Source: an uncultured Candidatus Saccharibacteria bacterium (GTDB lineage: Bacteria > Patescibacteriota > Saccharimonadia > Saccharimonadales > JACDBH01). Taken from it: a DNA stretch of 64,000 bases. The position numbers and the translations under genes were made by a program. Of this stretch, positions 16,057-25,854 are shown one piece after another. The notes beneath the pieces were generated by a model. That model saw only the letters and a program-made list of their open reading frames with translations, ran no database searches and was not told where the DNA came from. How positions within the stretch are numbered: the stretch's first letter is position 1; every line of letters begins with the position of its first letter. Where the stretch lies: the NCBI GenBank assembly GCA_964644965.1, contig CAZXYN010000002.1:67075-131074 (forward strand), in the 5' to 3' direction.

Positions 16057-17580
16057 CTATAAATCGTGAGTTACGGTGATGTGCGCACCGAGCGAATTCA
16101 GTCGGTCGGCGAGGTCTTCGTAGCCGCGATTAATAGTGTAGACATTGCGGAGCATTGACGTGCCAGGAGCAGCTAGCATACCGATGAGCAGCATGACGGC
16201 TGGGCGAATACCGCTTGGTGCAACCAGGTCGGTTGCTCGCCATTTGGTCGGTCCATCTACGTAGACACGGTGTGGGTCAGCAAGTTCCAGGGTGACACCA
16301 ATTTTCTTCATCTCTGTATACATAAGACTTCGGTCTTCATACACCCAGTCGTGGATAAGTGTGCGGCCCTTTGCGACGGCAGCGATTGGCACAAAGTACG
16401 GCAAATGATCCATATTGAGGCCAGGGAAGACATTCGGGTGGATTTTGTCGACAGGTGCTATTAATTTGCCACCGTGCTTCTTGATCGATATGTCTACCAG
16501 CTCTGTCTGGCCGTTTTCGGCTTTGTAGCTTTTGCTAACGGTGAACTGTAGCCCCATTTTCTCAAGCTTCAGTAGTTCTAGCTCTAAGAACTCTAACGGC
16601 GCTCTGCGAACAGTGATAGCTGAGTCGGTAGTAACGGCAGCGGCGATGAAGGTCATGCCTTCTACCGGATCTTCACTAACAGCGTAGGAAACATTTTTCT
16701 TGATATGACTACGTCCGTGAACGCGCAGGGTGCTGGTGCCAATGCCCTCAATTTTTATGCCAAGTTTTTCTAGATAGAAGCACAAATCTTGCACCATGTA
16801 GTTGGCGCTGGCCATTTTGATTACTGTAATTCCTTCGGTGCCAGCTGCCGCCATCAGAATATTCTCTGTAGTGGTGTCACCAGATTCGTAGAGGACTACG
16901 TTTCGCTTGGGCAAGTGTTTCTTGACGTTGACATGATAGTTGCCAACACGAGTAGATATATTGATACCAAATTCTTCTAAGCCGTAGAGATGAGGCAATA
17001 CTGTTCGGCGACCGAGTTCGCAACCACCAGCATACGGGATCTTGAACTGCTTTTCATGGTGCATTAACGAGCCGATGAACATAATCACACTACGGGTTTT
17101 GCGGGCGGCTTCTTTGTCCATACTATCGATATCAAACTTGGTTGGTGGTTTGATCTCTAGATCGTTACCGGGCAACCAGCGAGTTTTGACGCCAATACTT
17201 TCTAGCACCTCGATGAGTCGATTAACCTCCTCGATGCGGGCAACCGAGCGAAGTACAGTAGTCCCTTTGTTGAGCAGACTGGCGCAAATCAGTGCAACCG
17301 CTGCGTTCTTACTTGTCTTGAGTGTAATCTCACCCTTGAGCTCATGTCCACCCTCGATGCGGAGGTTTACGGCACCAGTGCCCAGAGAAACTATCTGTTT
17401 ATTCAGTACATCGCTAATTCGACCCAGCATGTCCATGCTGAGGTTTTGACCACCTTTTTCGATACGGTTTACAGCAGACTGAGATGTCTTGAGCTGTTTG
17501 GCAAACTCGGCTTGGGTTAGACCCTTTTCCTGTCGGATCTGATAAATTAACTGGCCAATTTTCTCGGAAGTGTTATTCAT
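16057..17580 (-). CDS. murA: UDP-N-acetylglucosamine 1-carboxyvinyltransferase fused to an N-terminal XRE-type HTH domain
   Basis: ORF track 16057..17652; I prefer the start MNNTSEKIGQLIY at 17580. HTH: GLTQAEFAKQLKTSQSAVNRIEKG. MurA body: LKTSKNAAVALICASLL, active-site loop YAGGCELGRRTV with Cys retained, and C-terminal RGYEDLADRLNSLGA. Confidence 0.85.
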   Translation of the reverse strand: MNNTSEKIGQLIYQIRQEKGLTQAEFAKQLKTSQSAVNRIEKGGQNLSMDMLGRISDVLNKQIVSLGTGAVNLRIEGGHELKGEITLKTSKNAAVALICASLLNKGTTVLRSVARIEEVNRLIEVLESIGVKTRWLPGNDLEIKPPTKFDIDSMDKEAARKTRSVIMFIGSLMHHEKQFKIPYAGGCELGRRTVLPHLYGLEEFGINISTRVGNYHVNVKKHLPKRNVVLYESGDTTTENILMAAAGTEGITVIKMASANYMVQDLCFYLEKLGIKIEGIGTSTLRVHGRSHIKKNVSYAVSEDPVEGMTFIAAAVTTDSAITVRRAPLEFLELELLKLEKMGLQFTVSKSYKAENGQTELVDISIKKHGGKLIAPVDKIHPNVFPGLNMDHLPYFVPIAAVAKGRTLIHDWVYEDRSLMYTEMKKIGVTLELADPHRVYVDGPTKWRATDLVAPSGIRPAVMLLIGMLAAPGTSMLRNVYTINRGYEDLADRLNSLGAHITVTHDL

Positions 17581-17722
17581 AGGCTGATTTAATATACCAT
17601 TTATGATATAAAATGTCGATATTGTTTTTGTTTTTGCTGTTCCTGTATACAATACTCCTATGATATAACCTCGCGCAAGCAGAAACTCCGCTATACTATA
17701 TAAACCAGAGAGGGTTGAAATT

Positions 17723-18988
17723 ATGTCTGATGTGAATGACCAAATAAAGAAATTGATAGCTGCCGAAACAAAGCGGCAAGCCGACGGGCTAGAAATGATC
17801 CCGAGCGAGAATCACACTTCGGCCGCGGTATTAAATGCACTTGGCTCAAGACTTAATGATAAATATTCAGAAGGTTACCCAGGTCAGCGATATTACGGTG
17901 GCTGCGAGGTTGTAGACAAAGTAGAAAACCTAGCCCGTGACCTGGCTAAGGATTTATTTGGTGTAGACCACGCTAATGTTCAGGCACACTCGGGCAGTCC
18001 AGCCAACCAGGCGATTTATTTTGCATTAGTTGACCCAGGCGACAAAGTCATGGGGATGTCACTGTATTTTGGTGGTCATATGACACACGGACTTAAGGTG
18101 AACTTTTCTGGAACGTATTATGACTCGGTGCAGTATACTACCGACAAAGACGGTTTTATAGATTACGAAGCCGTCGCAGCGCTGGCAGAAAAACACAAAC
18201 CAAAGCTTATTATGAGCGGCACCACTGCTTACCCGCGTCAGATTGACTGGAAAAAACTTCGTACTATTGCTGATTCGGTCGGTGCTTGGCTGGTATCTGA
18301 TATTTCGCACATTAGTGGGTTGATTGTTGCCGACGAGCATCCAAGCCCGGCTGGTATCGCTGATGTCATCATGACGACTACCCACAAGACACTTCGTGGC
18401 CCTCGTGGTGCGCTAATACTCTGTAATGGCAACCCGTCTAATCCACTCAAGAAACCAGAGCGAACCCCAGACAATCTACCTTCGCTTATTGATCGCGCCA
18501 TTATACCGGGGCTCCAAGGTGGGCCTCACAACCATCAGACGGCTGCAATTGCAGTTGCACTCAGTGAAGCTTCTACTCCAGAATTCAAAGATTACGGTAA
18601 ACAAGTTGTAGCAAACGCTAAGAAGCTCTCAGGTGAGCTTATGAGCAGAGGCTTTGAGCTTGTGACTGGCGGTACTGACAATCACTTGATGGTGGTAGAC
18701 CTAAATAACAAGGGAATTAGCGGCAAAGAAGGCGAGCGGGCACTCGGACTAGCCGGCATCACCGTCAACAAAAACACTGTGCCATTTGATCCGCGAAAAC
18801 CATATGACCCGAGCGGCATCCGGCTCGGTACACCAGCACTAACAACTCGCGGATTAAAAGAATCCGACATGGTGCAGGTTGCCGATTGGATTGACCAAGC
18901 AGTCAAGAATCACAAAAATGAATCAGCGCTAGCAAAACTACACACAGAAATTACGACATTCGCCAAAGACTTCCCGCTGCCTAGCTAG
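17723..18988 (+). CDS. glyA: serine hydroxymethyltransferase
   Basis: ORF track, 421 aa. SENHTS, YPGQRYYGGC, and the PLP-lysine motif TTTHKTLRGPRG. Confidence 0.95.
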   Translation: MSDVNDQIKKLIAAETKRQADGLEMIPSENHTSAAVLNALGSRLNDKYSEGYPGQRYYGGCEVVDKVENLARDLAKDLFGVDHANVQAHSGSPANQAIYFALVDPGDKVMGMSLYFGGHMTHGLKVNFSGTYYDSVQYTTDKDGFIDYEAVAALAEKHKPKLIMSGTTAYPRQIDWKKLRTIADSVGAWLVSDISHISGLIVADEHPSPAGIADVIMTTTHKTLRGPRGALILCNGNPSNPLKKPERTPDNLPSLIDRAIIPGLQGGPHNHQTAAIAVALSEASTPEFKDYGKQVVANAKKLSGELMSRGFELVTGGTDNHLMVVDLNNKGISGKEGERALGLAGITVNKNTVPFDPRKPYDPSGIRLGTPALTTRGLKESDMVQVADWIDQAVKNHKNESALAKLHTEITTFAKDFPLPS

Positions 18989-19659
18989 AGTGGTATGGGT
19001 TCGCCGTAGATGGTTGGCTCGCCCTTGATATGGACATTGTAGACTGCCTTAATATTGGCCGTCATCTCTCTGAGTGATTGCGACAATCTATGATGGCTGA
19101 TGGCTGATGGATAGCCATAGGTTTCTATACCAAACGATCTACACAGGTATATCGCCCGTGGCACGTGTGATTGCTGAGATATGACAATTAACTGATCAAG
19201 CTGGAACACGTTTTTTGCTCGGTCACAGCTTTCATAAGTACTTCTACCGGCGTTGTCTTGCTGTATAGAGGTCAGGGGGATGTCATAGTTGTCTTGCAGG
19301 TAATTCTGCATGACTTGCGGTTCGTTGTAGTTTGTAAATCGGTTATCACCAGATACCAGGATTAGATTTATAGCATCCTCGAAATACAGCTGGGCGGCAG
19401 CGTCCAGGCGTGATTTGACCACATCGGTTGGCTGTTGGTCTACACCAATACCACCACCTAATACTAGCCCAACCCTTGTATCACCTGTCAGTAGATCAGT
19501 TAAGTCCTCGGGCGAGTCATACATGTACTGGCGCGCATTGTTGACAATCAGTGCTGATACAAATGTCGTAATCGCAAAAAGTACGATGACGATAGGAATT
19601 ACATAGACAATATATTTTCCGTTTGTTCGTACGGATTTTTTTAGACTAGTAAGACTCAT
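18985..19659 (-). CDS. SanA/ElyC/YdcF-family (DUF218) membrane protein
   Basis: ORF track, 224 aa. N-terminal TM helix, GLVLGGGI, LILVSGDNRFTNYNEPQVM and SQQSHVPRA motifs. Confidence 0.7.
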   Translation of the reverse strand: MSLTSLKKSVRTNGKYIVYVIPIVIVLFAITTFVSALIVNNARQYMYDSPEDLTDLLTGDTRVGLVLGGGIGVDQQPTDVVKSRLDAAAQLYFEDAINLILVSGDNRFTNYNEPQVMQNYLQDNYDIPLTSIQQDNAGRSTYESCDRAKNVFQLDQLIVISQQSHVPRAIYLCRSFGIETYGYPSAISHHRLSQSLREMTANIKAVYNVHIKGEPTIYGEPIPL

Positions 19660-20684
19660 GGGAGTAGTTCTGGCTCACGCTCCAGCGATACTTGGAACAT
19701 CTGGTGGACTTTCTCAGTGATTTTGTCCTGGAATTTTAGCAGATCAGCTGTGCGCTTGGCTCGTTCGTTAACTAGCACAAGCGACTGGTTCTTCCAGGTG
19801 GTCATGCCTGTTTCGGGATCAATCTTTGCCTTGAAGCCGGCTTTTTCTACCAGCCAGGCAGCAGATAGTTTATAGGCATCTTTGCTAATTTCCCAAGACT
19901 TGACATCTTTATAGGCAGACTTGATATGTTGGTAATGATTTTTGTCGACAATTGGATTGGCAAAGAAAGATCCGTTGTTGGCTACTTTGTTAGGATCTGG
20001 TAATTTTTGCGAACGAATCGCAATTACTGCCTTTCGTATCTGGAAAAGAGTAGGGTCTTTGTGATCTTTTTCGTCTAGATACTTTTGTAGACTTTCGTAG
20101 AAAGGACCGGTTGGTTTAGCCTTATTTAGCCGCAAAGTTATCGAACAGATCAAGAATCGTCCATTGTCGATAGTCTTGAACCTAGAAGAACGGTAGCCAA
20201 AAGAGCAGGCATCATTAGATAGAACTACAAAATCTTTTTCCATTCGGTCGTAAGCCTCTACTTCTACCAGAGTCTGAGAGATATCTTGGCCATAGGCGCC
20301 AACGTTTTGTACGGGAGTAGCCCCAGCGGTACCAGGAATTAGTGACAGACATTCTACGCCCTGTAGCCTGAGCCCGACTAGCTGATCTACGATTGTATCC
20401 CAGTGTTCACCCGCGCCTATCTGATAGGTAGCGGACTGCGCATCTTCGCTAATTTGCTTGAATCCACGGATTTTATTGACTATTACTAGCCCCTTGAATC
20501 CCTCGTCACGCCAAATGATATTGCTGCCCTCGCCAATTATTCTGACAGGTAAGTCTTGTTTCTCTGCCCACAGCTCAGCCTTTACCAGATCATCGCGCGA
20601 GCGTACATTTACAAGAAAATCAGCGCTACCGCCAAGTCTCATTGTAGAATGGAGTTTCAGAGATACACCTTTTAGAATATTCAT
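19656..20684 (-). CDS. murB: UDP-N-acetylenolpyruvoylglucosamine reductase
   Basis: ORF track, 342 aa. FAD-binding N-terminal domain (HSTMRLGGSADF, GEGSNI), GYRSSRF, and the MurB C-terminal domain GSFFANP...SAAWLVEKAGFK. Confidence 0.9.
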   Translation of the reverse strand: MNILKGVSLKLHSTMRLGGSADFLVNVRSRDDLVKAELWAEKQDLPVRIIGEGSNIIWRDEGFKGLVIVNKIRGFKQISEDAQSATYQIGAGEHWDTIVDQLVGLRLQGVECLSLIPGTAGATPVQNVGAYGQDISQTLVEVEAYDRMEKDFVVLSNDACSFGYRSSRFKTIDNGRFLICSITLRLNKAKPTGPFYESLQKYLDEKDHKDPTLFQIRKAVIAIRSQKLPDPNKVANNGSFFANPIVDKNHYQHIKSAYKDVKSWEISKDAYKLSAAWLVEKAGFKAKIDPETGMTTWKNQSLVLVNERAKRTADLLKFQDKITEKVHQMFQVSLEREPELLP

Positions 20685-20850
20685 CCCGTTAGTTTACCTC
20701 GTTCATTAATATTAATAAGGCATATGTATCTACCCTATCTGTTGTTGTGCACATATTCATGTTACTTAAAAAACTTACGGGATTCATGCTTACGTTTAAG
20801 TATACCAGTAATACTTGAAGGATTTGACCAAACGGCGTAGCATAGGATGT

Positions 20851-21384
20851 ATGCAAAGAGGCAAAACCCCGTACAAGAAGTTGGGCCACCGTTTACAAGA
20901 GATTAGAAAGAATTTACAAGAGTCGCTACCAGAGGTATCTGGGGCAGTAGAATTAGAATCAGATATCATCGCCAGCTATGAGCGCGGCGAGACACGTCCT
21001 AGCGAGGACGTACTCGGGTTGCTTATCAGTCATTTTGACATCCAGGATGACGAAGCAGATGAGCTTTATGAGTTAGCTGGCTACATGCAAGATTCCAGCA
21101 CCGATATCAGTAGTGATCTTACACAGGCGCCATCACTCGTTATGATACCTATGGACAACCGTATTATTTACACCGACAGCGCTAACGTTAGCGTCAATAA
21201 TTACGGTGTTGTTATGAACTTTACCCAGAACGGAACAAACAATCAGCCATTAGGTGTTGCCCGAGTTGGCATGAGTATAGAACACGCCAAAAGCGTGCTA
21301 AATGTACTAGCCAAGACTATTGAACAAGCCGAGAAGCAACAGGCCAAAAAACAACTGCCTAAATCCTCAGACGACAAAAACTAG
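20851..21384 (+). CDS. XRE-family helix-turn-helix protein with unknown C-terminal domain
   Basis: ORF track 20815..21384; I prefer the ATG at 20851. LGHRLQEIRKNLQESLPEVSGAVELESDIIASYERGETRPS is an HTH_3/XRE pattern. Confidence 0.65.
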   Translation: MQRGKTPYKKLGHRLQEIRKNLQESLPEVSGAVELESDIIASYERGETRPSEDVLGLLISHFDIQDDEADELYELAGYMQDSSTDISSDLTQAPSLVMIPMDNRIIYTDSANVSVNNYGVVMNFTQNGTNNQPLGVARVGMSIEHAKSVLNVLAKTIEQAEKQQAKKQLPKSSDDKN

Positions 21385-21938
21385 TCTTGGCTAGATCCAA
21401 TAAATTTGGCGATAGCAGCTTGTGCTACCTCGTCATCGACAAGCGATAAAACTGACAATCTCTCCCGTATATCTACGGTGAATGTCTTGTTGGCTAGCAT
21501 TTTGTTGGTGCACATACGTAGTAGAATAGAGTCAAGACTTCGCTGCTTCTCATCTTCGTTATCAAAAAATTCCGATAATCCCTCGCAAAGATCATTAAAC
21601 GTTGCATCACCGCTAAGCACCAAAGATTCCGAAGATGTGATTTTAGATCGTTGTGTAAGCTTGAAATCTTCAGTCTTGAGCTTAATCTGAATTCCCTTTA
21701 GTAGATCATAACGGTCGACAGACTGCTCTAATATCTGATCTCTCAAGTCATGTCTGTGGTCTTCATCTGCTTCTAATGATTTTAGTGTATGGACAAGATC
21801 ATCTGCGCTGGCTCCTGAATCAATAAAAATATCAGCTATACCCATCTCAGGATCGCTAATAGTTGCGAGCATCCGCGGCTCGTTAGAAACAGGGAAAGAT
21901 TCTGGGCTAACTTGCAAAATCATCTCCTTCAAGCACAA
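21381..21938 (-). CDS. hypothetical acidic protein
   Basis: ORF track, 185 aa. Convergent with the XRE gene; their 3' ends overlap by 4 nt. Confidence 0.5.
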   Translation of the reverse strand: MCLKEMILQVSPESFPVSNEPRMLATISDPEMGIADIFIDSGASADDLVHTLKSLEADEDHRHDLRDQILEQSVDRYDLLKGIQIKLKTEDFKLTQRSKITSSESLVLSGDATFNDLCEGLSEFFDNEDEKQRSLDSILLRMCTNKMLANKTFTVDIRERLSVLSLVDDEVAQAAIAKFIGSSQD

Positions 21939-22122
21939 AGTTTAAGAGGCGAGGATGTATGTCTAGTAGATTTTGCTCAGGAGGGATATCAAAAGAATTC
22001 ATATACTTCATTATATCACACTTGTCAATAAAAGTCAATATATCAGAGAAGTGTATGGTTTTATGTTTAAGCTTTCTCATAATCGAAGTATACTATTTAT
22101 ATAAATTAGGAGGGTTCCAAAA

Positions 22123-22527
22123 ATGTTAAATTTTTTATTAGCACAGACGACCACGACAACCACTAGTGGTTCTGGAGATTACGGTATCTTTTTCATGCTC
22201 TATCTGCTGTTTGTTCTTGCTGCAGTAGTCATTTCTATAATGGGTCTGTGGAAAATGTTCGAGAAGGCTGGTCAACCTGGTTGGGCATCGATCATACCTA
22301 TCTACAATGTCTACGTAATCCTAAAGGTTGCCGCCCGCCCGGGTTGGTGGCTACTGTTGTTCCTTATTCCATTTGTTAACTTTGTTATATCGCTAATCAT
22401 TGGCCTAGATCTAGCAAAGAAGTTTGGCAAGAGCGAGGTGTTTGGGATTATCTTACTTGGTCTATTCTCCGGTATTGGCTATATCATCGTAGGATTTGAC
22501 GACTCTACTTACAGCGCCGACGCTTAG
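22123..22527 (+). CDS. DUF5684-like small membrane protein
   Basis: ORF track, 134 aa. GQPGWASIIPIYNVYVILKVAARPGWW motif. Hairpin plus T-run terminator at about 22548-22578. Confidence 0.6.
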   Translation: MLNFLLAQTTTTTTSGSGDYGIFFMLYLLFVLAAVVISIMGLWKMFEKAGQPGWASIIPIYNVYVILKVAARPGWWLLLFLIPFVNFVISLIIGLDLAKKFGKSEVFGIILLGLFSGIGYIIVGFDDSTYSADA

Positions 22528-22602
22528 ATCCGTCTAAGCATTCAAAAAACCGGTCGCAATGACCGGTTTTTTGTTTTCATAGAGTAAAACTCTAGAGTCT
22601 AG

Positions 22603-22881
22603 CTATAATCCTAGAATTTGTTTCTTTTTAGCGTCGAACTCTTCTTGAGTTAGGATTCCCTGATCCTTTAGCTGACCGAGCTTAGTAAGCTGATCAAAAG
22701 TATCGTCCTGTGCGGCTTCTGCTGGTGCAGCAGATTCTGGTGCAGCTTGGGCCTCTTCGGCTCCCCAGCGTCGTGCCTGACGGCGACTTACGTTGTTTGA
22801 TACATGTGTGGCCGTACCAGCTATTACGGCTGTTCGGGCCATTCCTCGCATTAAACCTGGCATACTAGTTTTCCTCCCCAC
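22603..22881 (-). CDS. SHOCT-domain protein
   Basis: ORF track, 92 aa. C-terminal LTKLGQLKDQGILTQEEFDAKKKQIL is a SHOCT motif. Confidence 0.7.
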   Translation of the reverse strand: MGRKTSMPGLMRGMARTAVIAGTATHVSNNVSRRQARRWGAEEAQAAPESAAPAEAAQDDTFDQLTKLGQLKDQGILTQEEFDAKKKQILGL

Positions 22882-23269
22882 TTAATTCTTTGCTCGCATC
22901 TGGGTGAATTCGGCCATCGGCTATTAGGAACCCACCGGCATTTACTATCGACTGCTTGAGGCCCTTTGCCCATAGCTGCTCGACAATAAGTAGTCCGGCG
23001 GCTGTATTGTTCTCTAGCAAATCGCCGACTTCGTCAATATCTTCATCCGTAATCAAATCATTTTGCAGTGCAAATGATTTAGTAATCTCGAGCACATCTT
23101 CGGTCAGGGTAACAGATGTTACTGCACCTTCACCATCTTTGGCAACTACTGCTAGCGCAAGTACTGATATAACCCCACTATCAATAGATTTTCCTAATTC
23201 ACTCAGGATTTCTCCAGTGAAATTATTGCCATCAAAACCTACCACCAAGAAATCTATTGGACCTCTCAT
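22865..23269 (-). CDS. DUF6325/DUF1269-like protein (commonly paired with SHOCT)
   Basis: ORF track, 134 aa. MRGPIDFLVVGFDGNNFTGEILSEL start. Overlaps the SHOCT gene by 17 nt. Confidence 0.55.
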   Translation of the reverse strand: MRGPIDFLVVGFDGNNFTGEILSELGKSIDSGVISVLALAVVAKDGEGAVTSVTLTEDVLEITKSFALQNDLITDEDIDEVGDLLENNTAAGLLIVEQLWAKGLKQSIVNAGGFLIADGRIHPDASKELSGEEN

Positions 23270-23385
23270 GCAACACTCCTTTTACATTACTTATCTAGTA
23301 TATACCCAGTGCTGAGAATACGCATAACAAATTAGCTAACAATACTACCAATGAAAAAACCGGTCACAAGGACCGGCGCTTTCAT

Positions 23386-23508
23386 TGGTACACCCGGCAG
23401 GATTCGAGTTATTCTGCGCCTGGCTAAAATGCAAGCATTAGCCGAGGCGGCCAAGCAAGGAAAACTCGGATACCCACTGGGTATCCTCGCCTATCGGTTC
23501 GAATCAAT
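23386..23508 (-). repeat. tRNA-flanking element A2 behind tRNA-Arg(TCG), ending in a non-identical tRNA-like 3' end
   Basis: Read on the minus strand it ends ...CTCGAAT CCTGC CGGGTGT A CCA (23386-23408). 23448-23502 is the reverse-strand equivalent of the tRNA-Pro element core 1297-1351: the 14-nt and 18-nt flanks are identical and the hairpin differs by paired changes on both strands of the stem. Confidence 0.65.
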
Positions 23509-23554
23509 CAAAATAAAAGTGGCGGTATAACGACAAAAGTCATTAGACCGCCAC
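23509..23554 (-). terminator. intrinsic terminator abutting tRNA-Arg(TCG)
   Basis: Read on the minus strand: GTGGCGGT...ACCGCCAC followed by TTTTATTTT. Confidence 0.6.
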
Positions 23555-23630
23555 TGGTACCCGCGGAGAGATTCGAACTCCCGACTTTCTGGTCCGAAGC
23601 CAGACGCTCTATCCACTGAGCTACGCGGGC
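23555..23630 (-). tRNA. tRNA-Arg (anticodon TCG)
   Basis: Reverse complement is GCCCGCG TA GCTC AGTGGATA GAGC G TCTGG CTTCGGA CCAGA AAGTC GGGAG TTCGAAT CTCTC CGCGGGT A CCA. Confidence 0.9.
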
Positions 23631-23640
23631 ATATGAATGA

Positions 23641-23988
23641 TTATATGCTATTTAACTGATTTTTCCTTTTGTGCGTCCTGAACCTATGGCAGTTAGCGCA
23701 AACAAGCTCGCATTTCTTGATCTCTTCTTGTACCTGCCTAAAACTACCATTATTTATGAGTCGACTTATGGTGTTTATCTTCTCACCGGTACCTGTGTGG
23801 TCAAAATCTGTAACATACGAAGGGTACTGTACACCACAATCCGTACAAGCAGTAGAGTTTTTTAGCTCATAAACCCATTCCCGAACTGACTCACGTTTTT
23901 TGTAGGCTTTATTTATGTAATATTCTCGGTTTGCGTAATAGTGCTTGCGTATAGCCTCTCGCTGTTTTTCCTTATCTTTCCATGCCAT
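23641..23988 (-). CDS. HNH endonuclease-family protein
   Basis: ORF track, 115 aa. CTDCG...DFDH...CANCHRFRTH is an HNH/zinc-finger pattern. Its stop lies 10 nt from tRNA-Arg(TCG). Confidence 0.7.
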   Translation of the reverse strand: MAWKDKEKQREAIRKHYYANREYYINKAYKKRESVREWVYELKNSTACTDCGVQYPSYVTDFDHTGTGEKINTISRLINNGSFRQVQEEIKKCELVCANCHRFRTHKRKNQLNSI

Positions 23989-24098
23989 AATATAATTATA
24001 ACACGCAAAGTGTTCCGAATACTGTTAATTGTTTGTTCTTAAGCTTTGGGATTTTAATACCACAATTCTTTAACATTTTATCTGTACAATGAGTAGGT

Positions 24099-25385
24099 AT
24101 GACACGAGTTTCTAATTTTGCCGAGGCTGTAGAAGCGCTAGCTGCCTTTATTCCTCTTACCAAAGAAATCACCGGCAAGGACATAACGCTTGAGCGCATG
24201 CAGCCGCTTATGGAGGCAACTGGCAATCCGGAAAAACGTCTCAAGATTGTGCATGTGGCTGGTACTTCGGGCAAGACGTCCACATCTTATTATCTGGCAT
24301 CATTACTGATGGCAACCGGCCGCAAAGTAGGTCTGACGGTATCGCCGCACATAGATAGTGTGACTGAGAGAGCGCAAATAAACATGCAGCCACTATCGGA
24401 GACGGAGTTTACGGCTGCACTCGATGAATATTTGTCACTCATAGAATCGGCTGGAATCAAGCCAACCTATTTTGAAGTGCTAGTTAGCTTCGCTTATTGG
24501 TATTTTGACAAAGTCAGAGTGGATTATGCTGTCATAGAAACAGGCCTAGGTGGTTTGCACGATGCTACCAACGTTGCCCAAGATCCTAATAAGATCTGCG
24601 TGATAACAGACATCGGGTTAGATCACATGCATGTACTCGGCAAAACAGTTCCAGAGATTGCTGCCCAAAAGGCCGGAATTATACATCCTAAAAATGAAGT
24701 TTTTATCTATGATCAAGCAGAAGAAATCATGAATGTGATTGAACAAACTTGTCAGTCAAAAGCTGCAAAACTCCACGTCTTGAACGAGCTGAGCTTACTT
24801 GCCGAACAGAATATAGAAGGTCTACCGCCATTTCAGACAAGAAACTGGTTGCTAGCTCATCATGTCTATGAACACCTGAGAGCACGTGATAATCTACACG
24901 AAATTAGTCAGGAGAAGCTTATACAGACTACCAGAATATGTGTTCCAGCAAGAATGGATGAAGCCACGGTGCAGGGAAAGAAAGTCATCATGGACGGTGC
25001 TCACAACGAACAAAAGATGCAGGCTTTTGTGGCTGGTTTTCGAGCCAAGTACGGTGACAAAAAAGTGCCAATACTGTTGAGCCTCAAGTTAGGTAAGGAG
25101 TTTCTTGCAGTATTACCGCTGCTAAGGCCAATCACAAGCGAATTGATCATTACGGCTTATCAGTTCAGCCAAGACTTACCGATTCCATCAATCAACCCGG
25201 ACGAGTTAGCTGCAGCCGCCCAAAAAATGAACTTCGATAAAGTCAGCGTAGAACCTAAACCGGACCTTGCGTATAAGCAGCTATTAGAAAAAACGACAGA
25301 TGTAGGTGTCATAACTGGATCGTTTTATCTGATAGCACAGCTGCGTCTAACTAGAGAGGAGCTAAAGAGTGAGCAGACAAATTAA
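24099..25385 (+). CDS. folC: folylpolyglutamate synthase/dihydrofolate synthase
   Basis: ORF track, 428 aa. Mur-ligase P-loop HVAGTSGKTST, EVLVSFAYWYF, ETGLGG. Confidence 0.85.
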   Translation: MTRVSNFAEAVEALAAFIPLTKEITGKDITLERMQPLMEATGNPEKRLKIVHVAGTSGKTSTSYYLASLLMATGRKVGLTVSPHIDSVTERAQINMQPLSETEFTAALDEYLSLIESAGIKPTYFEVLVSFAYWYFDKVRVDYAVIETGLGGLHDATNVAQDPNKICVITDIGLDHMHVLGKTVPEIAAQKAGIIHPKNEVFIYDQAEEIMNVIEQTCQSKAAKLHVLNELSLLAEQNIEGLPPFQTRNWLLAHHVYEHLRARDNLHEISQEKLIQTTRICVPARMDEATVQGKKVIMDGAHNEQKMQAFVAGFRAKYGDKKVPILLSLKLGKEFLAVLPLLRPITSELIITAYQFSQDLPIPSINPDELAAAAQKMNFDKVSVEPKPDLAYKQLLEKTTDVGVITGSFYLIAQLRLTREELKSEQTN

Positions 25386-25854
25386 ATTCATAGCAGCAAT
25401 AGACGAAAAAAATGGGCTAGCAAAAAACGGCGTTATTCCATGGGATTTACCGACTGACAAGCAGTTTTTTCGCGACTCAATATCTAGCGGTATTGGGCTG
25501 ATGGGCTGGGGTACATTTGTGAGCAACGGTAAACGTCCATTCCCGACAAGTCCGCGAAATGTTGTGATCACTAGTAGAGACGTGTCTTTTGATGGCGTGG
25601 AGATAATCCATAATCTAGATGAATTTATAAATAATACCGACGAGGATATTTGGGTGATTGGTGGTGGTAATGTTTTTGAACAGTTATTACCCAAGGCAAC
25701 TCAGCTATACATCACTAGAGTCTCTGTAGACTACGGCTGCGATGTTTTTTTTCCAGAGTTTGAGACAGGTTTTGAGCTAGTAAGTTCTAGTGAAACCAAT
25801 CAAGAAAACGGTATAGAGTTTTGCTTTCAAATCTGGGAGCCTACTCCAAAATAA
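25369..25854 (+). CDS. folA: dihydrofolate reductase
   Basis: ORF track, 161 aa. IAAIDEKNGLAKNGVIPWDLPTDKQFFRD and VIGGGNVF motifs. Overlaps folC by 17 nt. Confidence 0.8.
   Translation: MSRQIKFIAAIDEKNGLAKNGVIPWDLPTDKQFFRDSISSGIGLMGWGTFVSNGKRPFPTSPRNVVITSRDVSFDGVEIIHNLDEFINNTDEDIWVIGGGNVFEQLLPKATQLYITRVSVDYGCDVFFPEFETGFELVSSSETNQENGIEFCFQIWEPTPK

Noticed and set aside
21959-22122. About 55-codon plus-strand ORF in the spacer before 22123..22527.
   Set aside because: The composition is AT-rich and Ile/Phe/Tyr-heavy. It overlaps the likely promoter/RBS region of the downstream gene, and there is no supporting signal.
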